A stretch of DNA of 64,000 nt from Spirochaetia bacterium (lineage in GTDB: Bacteria > Spirochaetota > Spirochaetia > UBA9216). The stretch is taken from contig CAXXYH010000003.1 of NCBI GenBank assembly GCA_963677925.2, positions 1,120,001-1,184,000 on the forward strand. Reading direction: 5' to 3'. Below, in pieces: positions 1 through 8,266 of this stretch (position 1 is the first letter of the stretch; the number at the start of each line of letters is the position of its first letter). Position numbers and translations under genes: made by a program. The notes beneath the pieces are model-generated. The model was not told where the DNA came from. It searched no databases and was given only the letters and a program-made list of their open reading frames with translations.

Positions 1-332
1 GGGAATTCAGGCAGACCCGAACTTATCGAGAAGGCGCTGTCTTCATCAATAAGAATACTTTCAATCACTATATCCGATTCAGTTGTATTTTCAATTGCAA
101 AGGAAGCTTCCAAGCTTTCACCGAGAATGATTTCACCAAAATCGAGCTCTCCGATATAGCCTTTAATGACGCTTTCCGAAGAGCCTTCATCATAACCGGA
201 GAATGTAAGCCCGGCCGACTCACCCGGGGTAAAAATTTCACATCCGGTAAACAGCAGGATTAACATCAGTACAACGGTAAGATATGCTGATATTGCAGAA
301 TAATTTCTGACTGTACTTTTTTTCACTTTCAT
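1..332 (-). CDS. Lipoprotein with probable Ig-like (ASH/choice-of-anchor D-like) domain, partial (3' end outside window)
   Basis: Not in the ORF track. Manual translation from ATG at 332 gives MKVKKSTVRNYSAISAYLTVVLMLILLFTGCEIFTPG...GELDFGEIILGESLEASFAIENT and stays open to base 1. Lipobox LLFTG-C. Starts 2 nt after the PrsW stop. Confidence 0.75.
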   Translation of the reverse strand, partial: MKVKKSTVRNYSAISAYLTVVLMLILLFTGCEIFTPGESAGLTFSGYDEGSSESVIKGYIGELDFGEIILGESLEASFAIENTTESDIVIESILIDEDSAFSISSGLPEF

Positions 333-334
333 TT

Positions 335-994
335 TTATTTTCTCCTTAATCCGCCTGAAACTCTTTTTCTTCCGAAAATATTGAACAGGTAGTGCTGAAC
401 GAAAAACAGAAAAACCGGAATGATAATTCCCAGAACCTGCAGGGATTCAGTTAATCCTGATAAATTGTAAATTGAATGAATTGTAGATGAAAGAATGAAC
501 ATTCCCGCCAGCAGCGGCAGAGAGATAAATTCATAATCCATCATAACCTGAATTGCATAGCCTACAAGTGCTGTCATTGATCCATGCAGGACACAGGCCG
601 TCAGGCTCCTTGTTACTATAAAGAAAAGGCTGTCGCTGATTCCGTTTGAAGTTGTGATTGTAAGGTAGAGATAATTCTCAAGAATTGAAAACCCAATCCC
701 CACAGCCATGGCATACCTGACTATATTATACCGGGAAGTGCTTTTGTTCTTTCTCATGAAAATCAGCAGGGGTAAAAATTTGATACCTTCCTCCATGACG
801 GGAATTATCTGGCTCAGCAGCAGAGTTTCATCCGGAATGATATAGGTATCAATAAATATATTTATAAAATAGACGAGTATTGTTGAGGTAAGCCCCCAGG
901 TGAAAAATACTATAAGCCTTCTATACTCACCCTTAATTACCATGATGAGAAAAAAAAGCGGAAGCAGCGTTCCAATGTACAGAGCTTCTATCAT
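335..994 (-). CDS. prsW: PrsW-family intramembrane glutamic/metalloprotease
   Basis: Multi-TM protein with PrsW motifs PVMEEGIK, GIGFSILEN, RSLTACVLH and HSIYN. Confidence 0.85.
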   Translation of the reverse strand: MIEALYIGTLLPLFFLIMVIKGEYRRLIVFFTWGLTSTILVYFINIFIDTYIIPDETLLLSQIIPVMEEGIKFLPLLIFMRKNKSTSRYNIVRYAMAVGIGFSILENYLYLTITTSNGISDSLFFIVTRSLTACVLHGSMTALVGYAIQVMMDYEFISLPLLAGMFILSSTIHSIYNLSGLTESLQVLGIIIPVFLFFVQHYLFNIFGRKRVSGGLRRK

Positions 995-1716
995 ATTAAT
1001 TTCTCCTCATTGAATACAAAAATACTGCAGGTAAAATATATTATTACAAATGGAAGCAGCATATAATTCAGCAGAGGCGGAAAGTAGACGGATATTGCCG
1101 TGTTATCCAGAAAACATGTCATATCTATCAAACCGGATGCTGACACCGTACATGTATACCATGAGAAGTATTTTGCATCTTTAGCGGGAGAGATCGATAC
1201 GGACATAGCCCTTGCAATTATAAAAACCAGGAGCAGGGCAAAGCCCGATGTAATCCAGTCCGCATTATTAAAAAAGTGAAGTACTGCCGGTACTGCAAGG
1301 AGTGTGTAAGGCAGCATACGGCGGGCATCCTTTTTTTTATCAGGTTTCCAGATTCCGGTTTTTACAAAATATCTGCTTAAGCCGGTAAAAAGAAGATAAT
1401 ACAGGTAGATGCCCGGTTCTCCGAAGGGAAGCCGGTATGCCGGAAATCCGGTTATATGCCGGAACATTCTGTCTGCCGTAAAACCGAGAAGTCTGCCGCT
1501 GAGTATAAATACCGCAATCAGAATAAAGGGGCTGTATTTAAATCGTTCAATATTTGATGCCGCGGCGATTACTGCCGGTACGGCGGCGGCTGCAAACAGA
1601 ATCAGGACCGCATATTCAGCCGGCAGAGGACTCAGCTTCAAATAGTAATCAGCGATCAATAAAGCAAGGAGTACGGAATAGATTATAATCAGCACCGGCA
1701 GAGCTTTCTTCTTCAT
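991..1716 (-). CDS. Hypothetical polytopic membrane protein
   Basis: 241 aa with about 7-8 hydrophobic segments. Its stop overlaps the prsW start (ATGA). Confidence 0.75.
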   Translation of the reverse strand: MKKKALPVLIIIYSVLLALLIADYYLKLSPLPAEYAVLILFAAAAVPAVIAAASNIERFKYSPFILIAVFILSGRLLGFTADRMFRHITGFPAYRLPFGEPGIYLYYLLFTGLSRYFVKTGIWKPDKKKDARRMLPYTLLAVPAVLHFFNNADWITSGFALLLVFIIARAMSVSISPAKDAKYFSWYTCTVSASGLIDMTCFLDNTAISVYFPPLLNYMLLPFVIIYFTCSIFVFNEEKLI

Positions 1717-1732
1717 AGGCTTAAATACACTC

Positions 1733-3433
1733 CTAAAGCCTAATCACGAATGCAGCGTTAACCTGAAAATCGATTCCGCTGCTGTCGGAAAGATCTCCGC
1801 TGTCATCTGTTTCGCGGCCGAGGTCGATATCCCAGGGTCTTGATTCTCCTGAAATCACTGCATTACCTATAGTTGAGAAATTCTGCATATCAATCACACA
1901 GCTTAATTTTTTTCCCATTGGAAGAATAACTCCGGCCTTTGTTCCAATCTCCCAGGTTAAATCTCCGGATGTATTTTTCTCTTCCCATACACTTCTGGTA
2001 TCTGTGTTATATGCCCGGTATACTTCAACTGAATACAACGCCGATACGGAAGCATCAAAGAAGAACCTGAAATCTTTACCAGGATTAACCGTATATCTTG
2101 CAAGCAGGTCTGCGCTGTGGATATAGGTTTCGGAGGGGTAGAGATCATTGTCCGCACTTAGACTGTCATCTGCCGGATCTGTTCCGAGACTGAGTTCGGT
2201 ATAGTGATTTGTGTTAAGGCTGTTATATGCACTGACACCGGCCGCGGTGTCCTCATTCTGGTAATATCGCTCTGCAAAAAGTGAATAGCCAAGCCCGATT
2301 CTAAACCTGGACTTTTTTTCCGGATTAATAAATTCCAGTGCAAGCATAGCATCAAAACTGCTTAATCCGGAATCATAGATATACTCTGAATAACTGTCAT
2401 CAGTTTCAGATTCAGCAAGCTCATGTTCCAGGTAGTAATAATATGTGTAGTCAAGCGGTGTATAACCGGCTTCAGCAATAAAGGACAAAGTCTTTGATAA
2501 TGGCATCACAATGGCTGCTTTTACATCGACATTATTGTTTACCGCATATTCCTGATGTTCATAGGAGGCCAGCTGATACAGTTCACTTGCCTCATTATAG
2601 TACTCCGGTCCGCCGTCAGCTGCCGGGAGCAGGTAGTAATCTTCGAGGGTATAAATGGTATCAAGATATCCGTCAGCATCTGTATCGACAGCCTTATATT
2701 CCCGGCTCAGATCATCAAAGTATCCGCTGTAAAGAAGGCTGAAATAGAGTCTGTTTTTTTCAAGCGGCATATTAAAACCAAGAGTACTGCTGTAGGTATG
2801 CAGATATTCATCAGTGTTATCCTGCCCTGATAATAATTGAGTATATGCGAATGCCGGACTGTATGAGCTGTCAGTTACCCAGTTGTAATACTTCGGATCG
2901 TATGTAAGGCCGTATCCGAATGACAGACCTCCCTCTACATCTTCTCCCGAGAGGAAGCCGAAGTAGAGATCAGCCCAACCGCTGTAATTATTTTCATTAT
3001 ACTTATCGATTATATCTTCGGTCGAACTGTTATAGTTAAGGCTTTCAGTTTTTTCACCCCGGTGTTCTGAGCTGTAAACCAAATCAAATCCGAAAACGCC
3101 CGGTTTATCTTCGCTCTTTTTAAGCAGGGTAAAGTCTGCATATGGAAGTATTTCATAAGAACTGTATGTTTCAGTTCCGCCGTCTGCCCCGAGCGAATCA
3201 TCAGAACGTTCATCACCTGCGCCGGACAAATTAAAATCCGCATCAAAGTTTCCAAGAATCATATCGGATGCAATTCCCATAAGGATTGAAGGGTTATCAA
3301 TATAGTCGTATTCCGGGTATAAGGCTGATGTACTTTCACCCTGAAAGAGAAGATTTGTTTCATCTAAATCTTCACCGGCTGCAAAAAAAACAGCAGCAGT
3401 AAGGATTAAAAACAAGAAGATTATTTTTTTCAT
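1733..3433 (-). CDS. Exported acidic protein, putative outer-membrane beta-barrel
   Basis: Signal peptide MKKIIFLFLILTAAVFFAAG, alternating aromatic/hydrophobic strands, C-terminal strand FQVNAAFVIRL. ATG at 3433 preferred over the track's TTG at 3439. Confidence 0.65.
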   Translation of the reverse strand: MKKIIFLFLILTAAVFFAAGEDLDETNLLFQGESTSALYPEYDYIDNPSILMGIASDMILGNFDADFNLSGAGDERSDDSLGADGGTETYSSYEILPYADFTLLKKSEDKPGVFGFDLVYSSEHRGEKTESLNYNSSTEDIIDKYNENNYSGWADLYFGFLSGEDVEGGLSFGYGLTYDPKYYNWVTDSSYSPAFAYTQLLSGQDNTDEYLHTYSSTLGFNMPLEKNRLYFSLLYSGYFDDLSREYKAVDTDADGYLDTIYTLEDYYLLPAADGGPEYYNEASELYQLASYEHQEYAVNNNVDVKAAIVMPLSKTLSFIAEAGYTPLDYTYYYYLEHELAESETDDSYSEYIYDSGLSSFDAMLALEFINPEKKSRFRIGLGYSLFAERYYQNEDTAAGVSAYNSLNTNHYTELSLGTDPADDSLSADNDLYPSETYIHSADLLARYTVNPGKDFRFFFDASVSALYSVEVYRAYNTDTRSVWEEKNTSGDLTWEIGTKAGVILPMGKKLSCVIDMQNFSTIGNAVISGESRPWDIDLGRETDDSGDLSDSSGIDFQVNAAFVIRL

Positions 3434-3445
3434 ATACAATTTCCT

Positions 3446-4771
3446 TTATTTAAATCTGTGATTATTTTTTATGTCAGCTAATTTTATATCTTCTTCAGGA
3501 GAATTGATTCCGGCAGATATTCCCTTGAGCATCCTGCTGCCGGCTTCCTCATCAACTTCATAGTCATAGTATTTATAGACGTACTTGGTTTCAATTTCAT
3601 AATACACATCATTTATATACTCTTCTGTATACCTGATTGATGTCCGGTCATACAGCAGGGTTCCTCCTTCAGTATAGCGGCATTCTTCAAGCAGATTCGA
3701 ATCATCATCATAACTGTAGCTTGTATATTCAGTTACCGAGCCGTAGAGGCTGCGGGTATCCTTTGTGACGTTGCCCAGGGAATCATACTCGATATTAAGA
3801 ACAGTATACTTGGAGCCAATCTCATCAATATCAATTTTATAGGTAAAGGGATCAGTATCACCTGTATTGAGATCATCAAATGAAAGGTTGTCATAAGCCG
3901 CACTTGAGATCTGCGGAACACTGTCCACTGATTCACCGTCAGAGAGAAGGTCATAAAGATAATCAGCCTGTTCATAAACGTTGCCGTCTTCATCCCGCTG
4001 ATAACGGGTCAGGTAGTAAAACTGATCATCAGCTTCAACATAGGGGCTGTAGGATGAGTGGTAAAGCTCATACATGTAGTCCCAGGAGTCATCGTCATAC
4101 CAGCATGCGTATTCTTCTGTCAGAAAAAGGTCATAATCATCGTTGTCAGGGTCTTCTGCAGCAAAATATTTTTCTGTGCGGTAATACATGTAATCATAAT
4201 CATCTTCCAGATATGTAACTTCCTGACGCGCAATTATCTCATCACCTGAACCGGTAACCTTATAATCAATAATTTCTGTATAATTACTGTAATTAACTGT
4301 GTCTAAGTCCGTCCCTTCCGAATTTATATCAGTATAGGCAACTGTGTAGTACAATCCCAGTTCACCGTCATCGGAGGCAGCCGAGGGCTCACGTGTTTCA
4401 GCACCGCTCAGCAGATAGTCGTATACAGTCTCTCCGTCATAGATGTAATAATCTTTCACAAAGCTGTAAATGTAAAACTCTACCAGAGTCTCTTCACCTT
4501 CAGTTACGCTGTATACATCAGTCCGCGTATTAAGATAAACCCCGTCGTAATCTTCATATGTATACCGGTAAACCGCACTTAGTGTTCCGTTTTCATCATA
4601 GACTCGCGTCTCAACCGGCTCCAGATCATATTGATCAGGATCAACGTATTTGCTGAATGTGACCTCTTTCGAATAATAATCAATTGTTCCTTCAGATCCG
4701 CTGTCCAGATCACAGGAAACAGGGATTATCAGAATAATTGTAATAATTAAATAAATGTATTTACTTTTCAT
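3446..4771 (-). CDS. Acidic Tyr-rich lipoprotein with YD-like repeats
   Basis: Start at 4771 (MKSKYIYLIITIILIIPVS-C) overlaps the upstream stop (ATGA). Motifs YDENGTL, YQRDEDGNV, YDSLGNVT, YSYDDDSNLL. Confidence 0.75.
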   Translation of the reverse strand: MKSKYIYLIITIILIIPVSCDLDSGSEGTIDYYSKEVTFSKYVDPDQYDLEPVETRVYDENGTLSAVYRYTYEDYDGVYLNTRTDVYSVTEGEETLVEFYIYSFVKDYYIYDGETVYDYLLSGAETREPSAASDDGELGLYYTVAYTDINSEGTDLDTVNYSNYTEIIDYKVTGSGDEIIARQEVTYLEDDYDYMYYRTEKYFAAEDPDNDDYDLFLTEEYACWYDDDSWDYMYELYHSSYSPYVEADDQFYYLTRYQRDEDGNVYEQADYLYDLLSDGESVDSVPQISSAAYDNLSFDDLNTGDTDPFTYKIDIDEIGSKYTVLNIEYDSLGNVTKDTRSLYGSVTEYTSYSYDDDSNLLEECRYTEGGTLLYDRTSIRYTEEYINDVYYEIETKYVYKYYDYEVDEEAGSRMLKGISAGINSPEEDIKLADIKNNHRFK

Positions 4772-6327
4772 ATTTCCAGACTTCCATCCCAGTTCCAGAA
4801 GGGCCACTTATCATCCCAGATATCTATCGGAATTGTGATTATCTTGATTCCAACTTCGGCATAAGCGCCTGCTTCGGCATATGCTGCAATAATCCAGTCA
4901 TTGAAGTTGCCGTAAAATCCGTCATCGGTGTTATAGCCCATGATTCCAAGCGGCTCGACATATCCGCCTACAGTCAGATAGATTCCGCCGCCGCCTTCCA
5001 GCTCGACAAGATCGATACCAAGCAGTCCGAGGCTTCCGCCCAGGTACAGCCCAGCCTTTGTTGTGACTTCCGCGGCAATTGTAGGACGGAAGGCAAAGTT
5101 CATATAATTGTTATCAAATGCCGGTTTAATCTTGTACGGAATAAAGGGCCAGGAGAGTTTGCACTCTCCACCGAGCGTCATTCTGGAGTATTCTGAAACC
5201 TCGGCCGTCAGCGAGACATTCCCGTCAATACCGATTTTTGCAGAGATTCCCACGGAAACTTTTATTGTCGTATTCGGATCAAGGAATATAACCTCAAGCA
5301 GAGGAACCGAAAGCTCGGCTGCAAGGGAGGCTGTCCCTATCAGCTTAAAGTCAAACTCCTGGGCCACGGTTGCAATACATTTGGCGGAACCGCTTTTAAG
5401 ATGGAATTCAGGATGATAAACAATCCACCAGTCATGAACCCATGACACCGTACAGCTGGGCATATTAAGTTCGCCTTCAACCCTCAGCTGCTTAAGGTTC
5501 AAAGTTCCTTTGAGCTTTATCTCACCCGAAGCGCTTATTTCAAGTTCGGTCTCAGAGAACTCATTATCGTCATCATTGCTGCTGTCACTATTGTTGCTGT
5601 TATTATCATCGCTGCTGTCACTATTGTTATTATTATCATCACTGCTGCTGTTATCATCGCTGTCGGAGTTCTGGTTCTTCTCTTCCTTCTTACCCTCTTT
5701 AGCTATCTTTTTAAGCTCTTCAATGATCTCTTTTTTAACTTCCTTTTTCCAGAGAGTTATATCCACATTGAATGAACGCAGGGTATCAAGATCATCAACC
5801 TCAGGATCTGTGTCGTACCACAGAACAGATCTTGAATCTGCAGTTGTCTGTTTAAAAGACGAAGAAAGTTTATCGGCCTCAGCAGCATTCTTAGGAAGAA
5901 GAGTGACCCCCTTTGAAAGCGATGCTCTGCCCAGGCTGTCATCAGTACAGCTTATATCAAACTCGGGAACAGATACTCCGTTGAACACCTCTTCGGGTCT
6001 GGGAGCAGTGGTCTCTATTACCGTTTTACCATTGTATTCATATATGTCGACTACCTTTCTGGCTTCATTATCAGCTGTAATAAAAATTGAACCTATTTCC
6101 AAATCATCCGGCGTAGAGGATCTTTCCGGTGTATTGGCTGATCTGGAAAATAGGGTTCCGATCGGTCTGAGATCAATTATACCGTCAGTAAATATTGCAT
6201 TGATTCCGGACATTGGAACGTCGGCAGATACTGAAAAAGCTGTGAAAAACAAAAACAGAATGAAGGGAACCAGGCCCTTCTTCATTAAACCGTAATTATT
6301 TCTATACATTTTAACATCCTGATTCAT
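4768..6327 (-). CDS. Exported hypothetical protein with N/S/D low-complexity insert
   Basis: Signal peptide MKKGLVPFILFLFFTAFSVSA (alternative start 6285). Beta-rich C-terminal half. Confidence 0.75.
   Translation of the reverse strand: MNQDVKMYRNNYGLMKKGLVPFILFLFFTAFSVSADVPMSGINAIFTDGIIDLRPIGTLFSRSANTPERSSTPDDLEIGSIFITADNEARKVVDIYEYNGKTVIETTAPRPEEVFNGVSVPEFDISCTDDSLGRASLSKGVTLLPKNAAEADKLSSSFKQTTADSRSVLWYDTDPEVDDLDTLRSFNVDITLWKKEVKKEIIEELKKIAKEGKKEEKNQNSDSDDNSSSDDNNNNSDSSDDNNSNNSDSSNDDDNEFSETELEISASGEIKLKGTLNLKQLRVEGELNMPSCTVSWVHDWWIVYHPEFHLKSGSAKCIATVAQEFDFKLIGTASLAAELSVPLLEVIFLDPNTTIKVSVGISAKIGIDGNVSLTAEVSEYSRMTLGGECKLSWPFIPYKIKPAFDNNYMNFAFRPTIAAEVTTKAGLYLGGSLGLLGIDLVELEGGGGIYLTVGGYVEPLGIMGYNTDDGFYGNFNDWIIAAYAEAGAYAEVGIKIITIPIDIWDDKWPFWNWDGSLEI
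5561..5670. repeat. In-frame low-complexity repeat encoding NSDSDDNSSSDDNNNNSDSSDDNNSNNSDSSNDDDNE
   Basis: Direct repeat gctgctgtcactattgtt at 5578 and 5611; tattatcatc at 5601 and 5631. Confidence 0.8.
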
Positions 6328-6328
6328 C

Positions 6329-6787
6329 CTAATAATCTTTCATAAAGACGCTTTCATCATCATGCTGCTCCACTACCCCGCGAAGTTCACCATCCTCGTC
6401 ATACCCGAAGTATGTATTCAGTTCAGTTCCGTCAGATGCACTTCTGCTGATTTGGATAAGCCTGTCATTATCATCATAGACTTCTTCGGTATACCAGGTA
6501 ACGGCGGTCTCTGAACCTCCGGTCGGTGTGGAAACAGTCCTGGCCAGGTAGCCGGCATCATCGTATTCATAGGTGACCGTTTTACTGACTTTCTGATCAG
6601 AATCATAACTGAGGGTTTTTAGCAGTGTCTTTCCGTCGGAACTGTATTTATATTCGTTGAGAACATCATTTGTATCCTGATCGATTATGACAAAACTCTT
6701 TGTCTCCTCTTCTTCAGCAAAGAGACCGCAGCCTGATGCCACTAATACGGCCGCAGCTAATAGAGCTGCTGATATCACATTTTTCAT
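6329..6787 (-). CDS. Small lipoprotein with YD-like repeats
   Basis: Lipobox LVASG-C, RBS GGAGGAG, motifs YEYDDAGYL, YDDNDRL, GYDEDGEL. Confidence 0.8.
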   Translation of the reverse strand: MKNVISAALLAAAVLVASGCGLFAEEEETKSFVIIDQDTNDVLNEYKYSSDGKTLLKTLSYDSDQKVSKTVTYEYDDAGYLARTVSTPTGGSETAVTWYTEEVYDDNDRLIQISRSASDGTELNTYFGYDEDGELRGVVEQHDDESVFMKDY

Positions 6788-6801
6788 ATCTTCTCCTCCG
6801 G

Positions 6802-6969
6802 CTACCTTCTTATATGCTGGGAAGGCGGTCTTCTTGCGGCATCAAGGAAATTCATATCATCAAATACCGGGAAATGAAAAAACTGACCGATAACAAAGCC
6901 CAGCAGCAGAAAAACAATCGGAAAGATTATTGCTCCGGCTTTTGAACTTTTCTTTTTCTTTTTAGCCAT
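6802..6969 (-). CDS. Small single-TM protein (55 aa)
   Basis: MAKKKKKSSKAGAIIFPIVFLLLGFVIGQFF: basic N-terminus plus one TM helix. RBS GGAG precedes ATG 6969 (track start is 7005). First gene of the operon. Confidence 0.6.
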   Translation of the reverse strand: MAKKKKKSSKAGAIIFPIVFLLLGFVIGQFFHFPVFDDMNFLDAARRPPSQHIRR

Positions 6970-7037
6970 AATTTTGCTCCTGAAATTTCTGATTTTTTGT
7001 ATCAACAGTTATTTTTATATACCCGGTTCAGAAGTAA

Positions 7038-7070
7038 TTCGTCCGGCTGTATCCAGTGAGACTTTTTTTT
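7038..7070 (-). promoter_or_regulatory. A8-GTCT-N14-GGACGAA motif, putative activator (AraC) site
   Basis: Same geometry as sites at 21343, 37365 and 39346. Lies between the operon and the divergent AraC gene. Confidence 0.5.
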
Positions 7071-7121
7071 AAAATTAATGACAATTTTTTTTATAATCAT
7101 TACAATGAATAAGTAAAATAA

Positions 7122-8240
7122 ATGAATACACAGTTTATTTATCCTACAATAACAGCCATCGCAATATTTCAGTCCTTCTTTTACTTTCTTCTTCTTCTTA
7201 AAGAAAAGAGTAAAAACAGGAGCAATCTGTACCTGGGATTCCTTGTTCTGTCACTTGGTTTAAGCATGACATTTGAGATAATCTATCCGACAGGCTGGTA
7301 TGAAAATCTGCATTTTCTGATTAAGAGCTATGTCCCAAGCCAGTTTCTGATTGGCCCCTTCCTCTTCTTTTATATAAGGTCCCTGACCAGTGAAACTTCA
7401 CGCTTCAGAAGGATAGATTTGATCCATTTCCTTCCGTTTATAGCTGTCATGATCTACCTTGCTCCGTTTTTTCTGTCACCGGTAGAGGATAAAATCGAAT
7501 ATGCCAGAGCATATGTTATCCATGGGCGTGATAATTTTATAGAGGAATGGATAATCTGGCTGGGTATGCAGACATCATTATGGGTGTACGGTATCAAAAG
7601 CCTGCTGCTAACTCACCCGGTTTTTCAGGAACTTAGGAAAAAGAAAGATATCAGAATGTTTCTGAAGAACTGGCAGCTGCTGCTTTATTTTGCAATATTT
7701 CTTACTTTGCTTCTTTATCTGGCCGGTGATATAATGATGCTTGCCGGATGCAGGCTCTGCGAATTCAACCACACAATAACCCTCATACTGACAATAATGA
7801 TCATGGGTCTCGGTCTTGTAGGAATGAACCGGATGGACAGGGTAACAAAACCCCTTGTACTGAAAAGAAATGGCAAACCGCTGAGCAGCAGCGAAATAAT
7901 GAATCAGATTACAGAAATACTTAATCAGCGCAAATACTACCTGGACCCCGAGCTGACACTTGAGGGTCTGGCTAAAAACCTTGAAATTTCACGTACCGAA
8001 CTCTCTAAAATAATCAACCAGGACCGCGGAATAAATTTTTACGATTATATAAATTCCTTCAGAACTGAGGAGTTTATCAACAGACTGCTGCTTGAAGAAT
8101 ACAGAAACAGAAATATACTGGACATAGCCTTTGATGCCGGTTTCAATTCAAAATCAACGTTCAACCGGGTATTCAAGGAACAAACCGGAAAAACACCTCT
8201 GCAATATAAAAAAGACATCGCAAAGATCAGTGCTGAATAA
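7122..8240 (+). CDS. Membrane-anchored AraC-family transcriptional regulator
   Basis: About 6-7 N-terminal TM helices. C-terminal HTH: YLDPELTL...LSKIINQ...FYDYIN...IAFDAGFNSKSTFNRVFK..TGKTP. Confidence 0.92.
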   Translation: MNTQFIYPTITAIAIFQSFFYFLLLLKEKSKNRSNLYLGFLVLSLGLSMTFEIIYPTGWYENLHFLIKSYVPSQFLIGPFLFFYIRSLTSETSRFRRIDLIHFLPFIAVMIYLAPFFLSPVEDKIEYARAYVIHGRDNFIEEWIIWLGMQTSLWVYGIKSLLLTHPVFQELRKKKDIRMFLKNWQLLLYFAIFLTLLLYLAGDIMMLAGCRLCEFNHTITLILTIMIMGLGLVGMNRMDRVTKPLVLKRNGKPLSSSEIMNQITEILNQRKYYLDPELTLEGLAKNLEISRTELSKIINQDRGINFYDYINSFRTEEFINRLLLEEYRNRNILDIAFDAGFNSKSTFNRVFKEQTGKTPLQYKKDIAKISAE

Positions 8241-8266
8241 TGCCGCCGGCTATGTCCGCACCTGAT

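Noticed and set aside
5510-6295. 261-aa Ser/Leu-rich plus-strand ORF
   Set aside because: Antisense shadow of the N/S/D-repeat gene 4768-6327.
3446-6787. Rhs polymorphic toxin locus
   Set aside because: Only scattered YD-like motifs; no Rhs core, DPxG motif, toxin tip or immunity gene.
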